Shown here: in pieces, positions 61,092 through 64,000 of the stretch | Layout of the letters: every line of letters starts with the position of its first letter | Position numbering within the stretch: position 1 is the stretch's first letter | DNA from: an uncultured Methanoregula sp. | Lineage (GTDB): Archaea > Halobacteriota > Methanomicrobia > Methanomicrobiales > Methanospirillaceae | Direction of reading: 5' to 3' | NCBI GenBank assembly: GCA_964454995.1 | Contig: CAYVTY010000001.1 | Coordinates: 38,033 to 102,032 of the forward strand | DNA length: 64,000 nt | Made by a program: the position numbers and the translations under genes | Notes under the pieces: model-generated | Database searches by the model: none | What the model was told of the DNA's origin: nothing | What the model saw: the letters and a program-made list of their open reading frames with translations, nothing else

Positions 61092-61716
61092 CAACGCCAT
61101 AAAGGCCAAAAAGATTGTCGGCATCCTCATGGCCCGCTTCGGGGATATCCCCTGGTGGCCAGGGGATACTGACGAGGTTATGATCGGGGCGATCCTGACC
61201 CAGCAGACCCGGTGGGAGAATGTCGTACGGGCACTTGCAATCCTTAAGGAGCATGGGCTCTGTTCGATGCAGGCGCTATACTCCGCAGATCCGCGGGTGA
61301 TCGAGGACGCGGTGAGATGTACAGGGTTTTACCGGATAAAGGCACGCCGGCTCAAATCCCTTGCCGTTTTCGTGATTGAAACCTGCGGAGGGACAGAGAT
61401 GATGGCAATGGTTCCGACGCCAAAGATCCGGGCCGGGCTTCTTGAAATAAATGGGATTGGTGAAGAGACCGCGGATAGTATCCTCTGCTATGGTTTTTCC
61501 CGGCCCAGTTTTGTCATCGATGCTTATACAGATCGGATCGCACGGTGCGCTGGTATCACGGTTCCGCGATCGGCGCTAAAAACACTTTTTGAGAGTGTTC
61601 TCCTAAAAGACCCCCACGTGTATCACCAGACCCATGCCCATATAGTGGAATACGCCAAAGGTTGGTGTACAAAAAAGAGGTGCGAAGGATGCCGGATTAT
61701 GGCTTTGAACGGATAG
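61069..61716 (+). CDS. HhH-GPD endonuclease III-related protein
   Basis: WWP, GAILTQQT.W.NV, GFYRIKA.RL, GIGEETADSIL, FVIDAY, HAHIVE. Confidence 0.88.
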   Translation: MSASSSGNNAIKAKKIVGILMARFGDIPWWPGDTDEVMIGAILTQQTRWENVVRALAILKEHGLCSMQALYSADPRVIEDAVRCTGFYRIKARRLKSLAVFVIETCGGTEMMAMVPTPKIRAGLLEINGIGEETADSILCYGFSRPSFVIDAYTDRIARCAGITVPRSALKTLFESVLLKDPHVYHQTHAHIVEYAKGWCTKKRCEGCRIMALNG

Positions 61717-62222
61717 GAAAACGGCTGTTTGCCGAACACCTGGTTGGCGGAAACTTCGGGAACATGAGCGTGCGGGACGGGGATGCCGGTTTTTTTATAA
61801 AAAGGACCGGCGCCTACCTCGATGATCCGGGGAAACCGGTCTTTGTGTCGTTTGAAGGAGATGTCCCGAAAGATGCCTCAAGTGAGTACCGCGTCCATCT
61901 CGCGGTATACCGCTCGACACAGTACCAGGCGATCGTTCACGCACATCCACCATATGCCGTTGCTGCATCCCTCGTAGCAGACAAGATCCGGCCGCTGGAC
62001 AGCGAAGGGGAGATGTTCTGTCCCACAATACCGGTAACCTCAGGGGCACCCGGGACACAGGGTCTTGCGGATGCAGTCGCGGAAGAGATGCGACACAACA
62101 AACTGGTCATTGCACGGGGGCACGGCACGTTTGCCGCTGGGGCAACGCTTGACGAGGCATTCCTTCTCACGTCCCTTGCAGAACACGCCTGCAGGGTTAT
62201 CGCATTAAAAAAGATGTTCTGA
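61689..62222 (+). CDS. Class II aldolase/adducin family protein
   Basis: GNMSVR, ASSE..VH, HAHP, GHG. Confidence 0.88.
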   Translation: MPDYGFERIGKRLFAEHLVGGNFGNMSVRDGDAGFFIKRTGAYLDDPGKPVFVSFEGDVPKDASSEYRVHLAVYRSTQYQAIVHAHPPYAVAASLVADKIRPLDSEGEMFCPTIPVTSGAPGTQGLADAVAEEMRHNKLVIARGHGTFAAGATLDEAFLLTSLAEHACRVIALKKMF

Positions 62223-62278
62223 TAATAGTCTCCAGAGACGTCAAAAATATATTCGTAGTCTTCTTTTTTTGTGCGGCC

Positions 62279-63202
62279 TTATTTCAGCTGCCGGGGCGGC
62301 TGGTTCATCTGGATCTCGCGGATGATCTCCCGGTGGAAGACGAGCAGCATATCGGAGATCATGCCGAACATGAAGATCTCAATACCCACGACGACGAGAA
62401 GCACGGTCAGGATAGTCAGCGGGATGTGATCGATGTGGTGCAGCCACTCCAGCAGGACGTATATCCCGGTGAGAACCCCAAGGAGGGTTGTAAACAGGCC
62501 CATAATACCGAAGTAGAAGAGCGGGTTGTTGACCCTGGCGAGGCGATAGATCGTGGTGACGATACGGATCCCGTCGTGAAGGGGGGAGAGTTTTGTAGGG
62601 GTTCCTGGCCGACGCGAATACCGTATGGGCACCACCATGATCCTCTGGCCGTTTCTGACCGCTTCAACCGACATCTCGGTCTCAATCTCAAAGCCGGTCT
62701 CCTTGAGGTTCATCTGCTGGATGGCGAGTTTCGTGAATGCCCGGTAACCGGAAAGAATATCATGGAGGTCCCGGCTGTGAGCGAGCTTGAAAAAGAGATT
62801 GAGCATATGATTGCCAAAGAGATTGAGTCGGGAGAACGAGCCTTCTTCAGCGTTGATGAGCCGGTCACCGATTACCTGATCGAAGCCCAGAAAGAGGGGG
62901 GTGAGCATCTTCTCCGCATCCTTTGCCGAGTACGTGCCATCACCATCAAGCATAAGGATATAAGGCTGCTCGATTATCTCGAAAGCTTCGATGATTGCAT
63001 TTCCCTTCCCTTTACCTGACTGCGTCCTGACCTGGGCACCAGCAGCACGGGCATTTTTTACGGTGTTATCCGTACTCTTGCCATCGATGACCAGGATATG
63101 GGTATAACCGAGATCGCTGAATTCTTTTACCACCGGGCCGATTGTCAGACTCTCGTTTAACGTGGGGATAAGGATACAGACCTCATCTTTGTTGAATTTC
63201 AT
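62279..63202 (-). CDS. aglJ: Dolichol-phosphate glycosyltransferase, AglJ-like (GT2, N-glycosylation)
   Basis: IPTLNE, DGKSTD.T, GKGKG.A, MLDGDGTY, DILSGYRAF, GFEIETE, two C-terminal TM helices. Confidence 0.82.
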   Translation of the reverse strand: MKFNKDEVCILIPTLNESLTIGPVVKEFSDLGYTHILVIDGKSTDNTVKNARAAGAQVRTQSGKGKGNAIIEAFEIIEQPYILMLDGDGTYSAKDAEKMLTPLFLGFDQVIGDRLINAEEGSFSRLNLFGNHMLNLFFKLAHSRDLHDILSGYRAFTKLAIQQMNLKETGFEIETEMSVEAVRNGQRIMVVPIRYSRRPGTPTKLSPLHDGIRIVTTIYRLARVNNPLFYFGIMGLFTTLLGVLTGIYVLLEWLHHIDHIPLTILTVLLVVVGIEIFMFGMISDMLLVFHREIIREIQMNQPPRQLK

Positions 63203-63240
63203 TGGTATAGTATTTTTAATTCGTTATCATAAGTGCTTCT

Positions 63241-63798
63241 ATGCACCTCCCGAAAAAAGGGCTGCGGGCGCTCGGCATCGCGGAGAGTTTTTCAGGTCGG
63301 ATGTATTCGACCATTGCTGGCATAGTGATGCGCAAAGACCTGAAAATCGACGGGTTTGCATTTTCGCGCGTGACAATCGGCGGCATGGATGCGACCGACG
63401 GGGTTCTCGCTATCGTAGACACCCTCGAACGTCGGGATATCAACGTGATCCTGCTTTCAGGATGCGTGATCGCCTTTTTCAATATCATCGACCCCGAAAA
63501 GGTATACGACCGGACCGGGCTTCCGGTCATCTGCGTGACCTACGAGGCATCATCAGGGCTTGAGGGAGATATCCTGCACCACTTTCCCGGAGACACTGCA
63601 CGACTGGATGCATATCACCGCCTTGGCGACCGGACACCCCATATCCTGCCGGACGGGCAGATCATGTATCTCCACAGCTGGGGCTTCGATCCTGCGGATG
63701 CGGGCCGGCTCTGCACGGCATTTACCTGCGAGGGAAAGATCCCGGAACCCCTCCGGGTTGCACGGCTTGCCGCCCGCGCCGCTCATGGTTCTTTCTGA
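63241..63798 (+). CDS. DUF99 family protein (endonuclease V-like)
   Basis: LGIAESF, GG.DATD, LLSGC.IA.FNIID, GKIPEPLRVA. Confidence 0.85.
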   Translation: MHLPKKGLRALGIAESFSGRMYSTIAGIVMRKDLKIDGFAFSRVTIGGMDATDGVLAIVDTLERRDINVILLSGCVIAFFNIIDPEKVYDRTGLPVICVTYEASSGLEGDILHHFPGDTARLDAYHRLGDRTPHILPDGQIMYLHSWGFDPADAGRLCTAFTCEGKIPEPLRVARLAARAAHGSF

Positions 63799-63908
63799 AA
63801 CCATGATTAAAAGTACGCCGGGACAGGAGAGTCCACGAGTACTGCCCTCACAGGAGATTTCATATCTGACAAGGTAGATGGATAAAAAAGAACTGACGAG
63901 GTCGCCAG

Positions 63909-64000
63909 ATGACACAACAGACGGTAAAACTCGCCCGATGGGTATGTCTTGAATGCCACTATATCTACGATCCGGCAAAAGGAGATAAAACGCAGGGAGT
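63909..64000 (+). CDS. Rubredoxin (partial, runs off the window end)
   Basis: MTQQTVKLARWVCLECHYIYDPAKGDKTQG matches the CxxCxYxYDPxxGD N-terminus; GAGGT SD upstream; absent from the ORF track. Confidence 0.85.
   Translation, partial: MTQQTVKLARWVCLECHYIYDPAKGDKTQG

Overview
Chromosomal window of a hydrogenotrophic methanogen. It looks Methanomicrobiales/Methanoregula-like, inferred from mmp10, top6AB, archaellin, F420H2:NADP oxidoreductase, archease/rtcB and an intron-containing tRNA. Both ends carry GC-rich housekeeping genes: nadM, larB, hisS and top6BA on the left; mmp10, two tRNAs, pycAB, a biotin ECF transporter with birA, rtcB/archease, secFD, trx, npdG, aglJ and a partial rubredoxin on the right. 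Between them (about 5.96-43.2 kb) is a visibly AT-richer, mosaic surface-glycan island. The best candidate for an undescribed system is a 12-gene same-strand module at 5961-17056: polysaccharide deacetylase, two LpxD-like acyltransferases with complementary degenerate motifs, AcpS, ACP, acyl-AMP ligase, LuxE, LuxC, two FabG-like SDRs and a split transketolase. It looks like an ACP-dependent route for building an unusual acyl or polyol substituent and attaching it to an archaeal glycan. The island also encodes a GDP-heptose pathway with a Cys-less UDP-glucose-dehydrogenase homolog, GDP-fucose and GDP-rhamnose enzymes, methyltransferases, a CX3CX3C radical SAM protein and a Wzm/Wzt exporter. Sequence-level signals include an att-like duplication of the tRNA-Thr 3' end bracketing an orphan archaellin, a BirA operator over the bioY start, an apparent ATA start codon, a dispersed 24-bp intergenic repeat and an A54/U58 T-loop swap in tRNA-Met. 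All calls come from motif recognition; no database searches were run.
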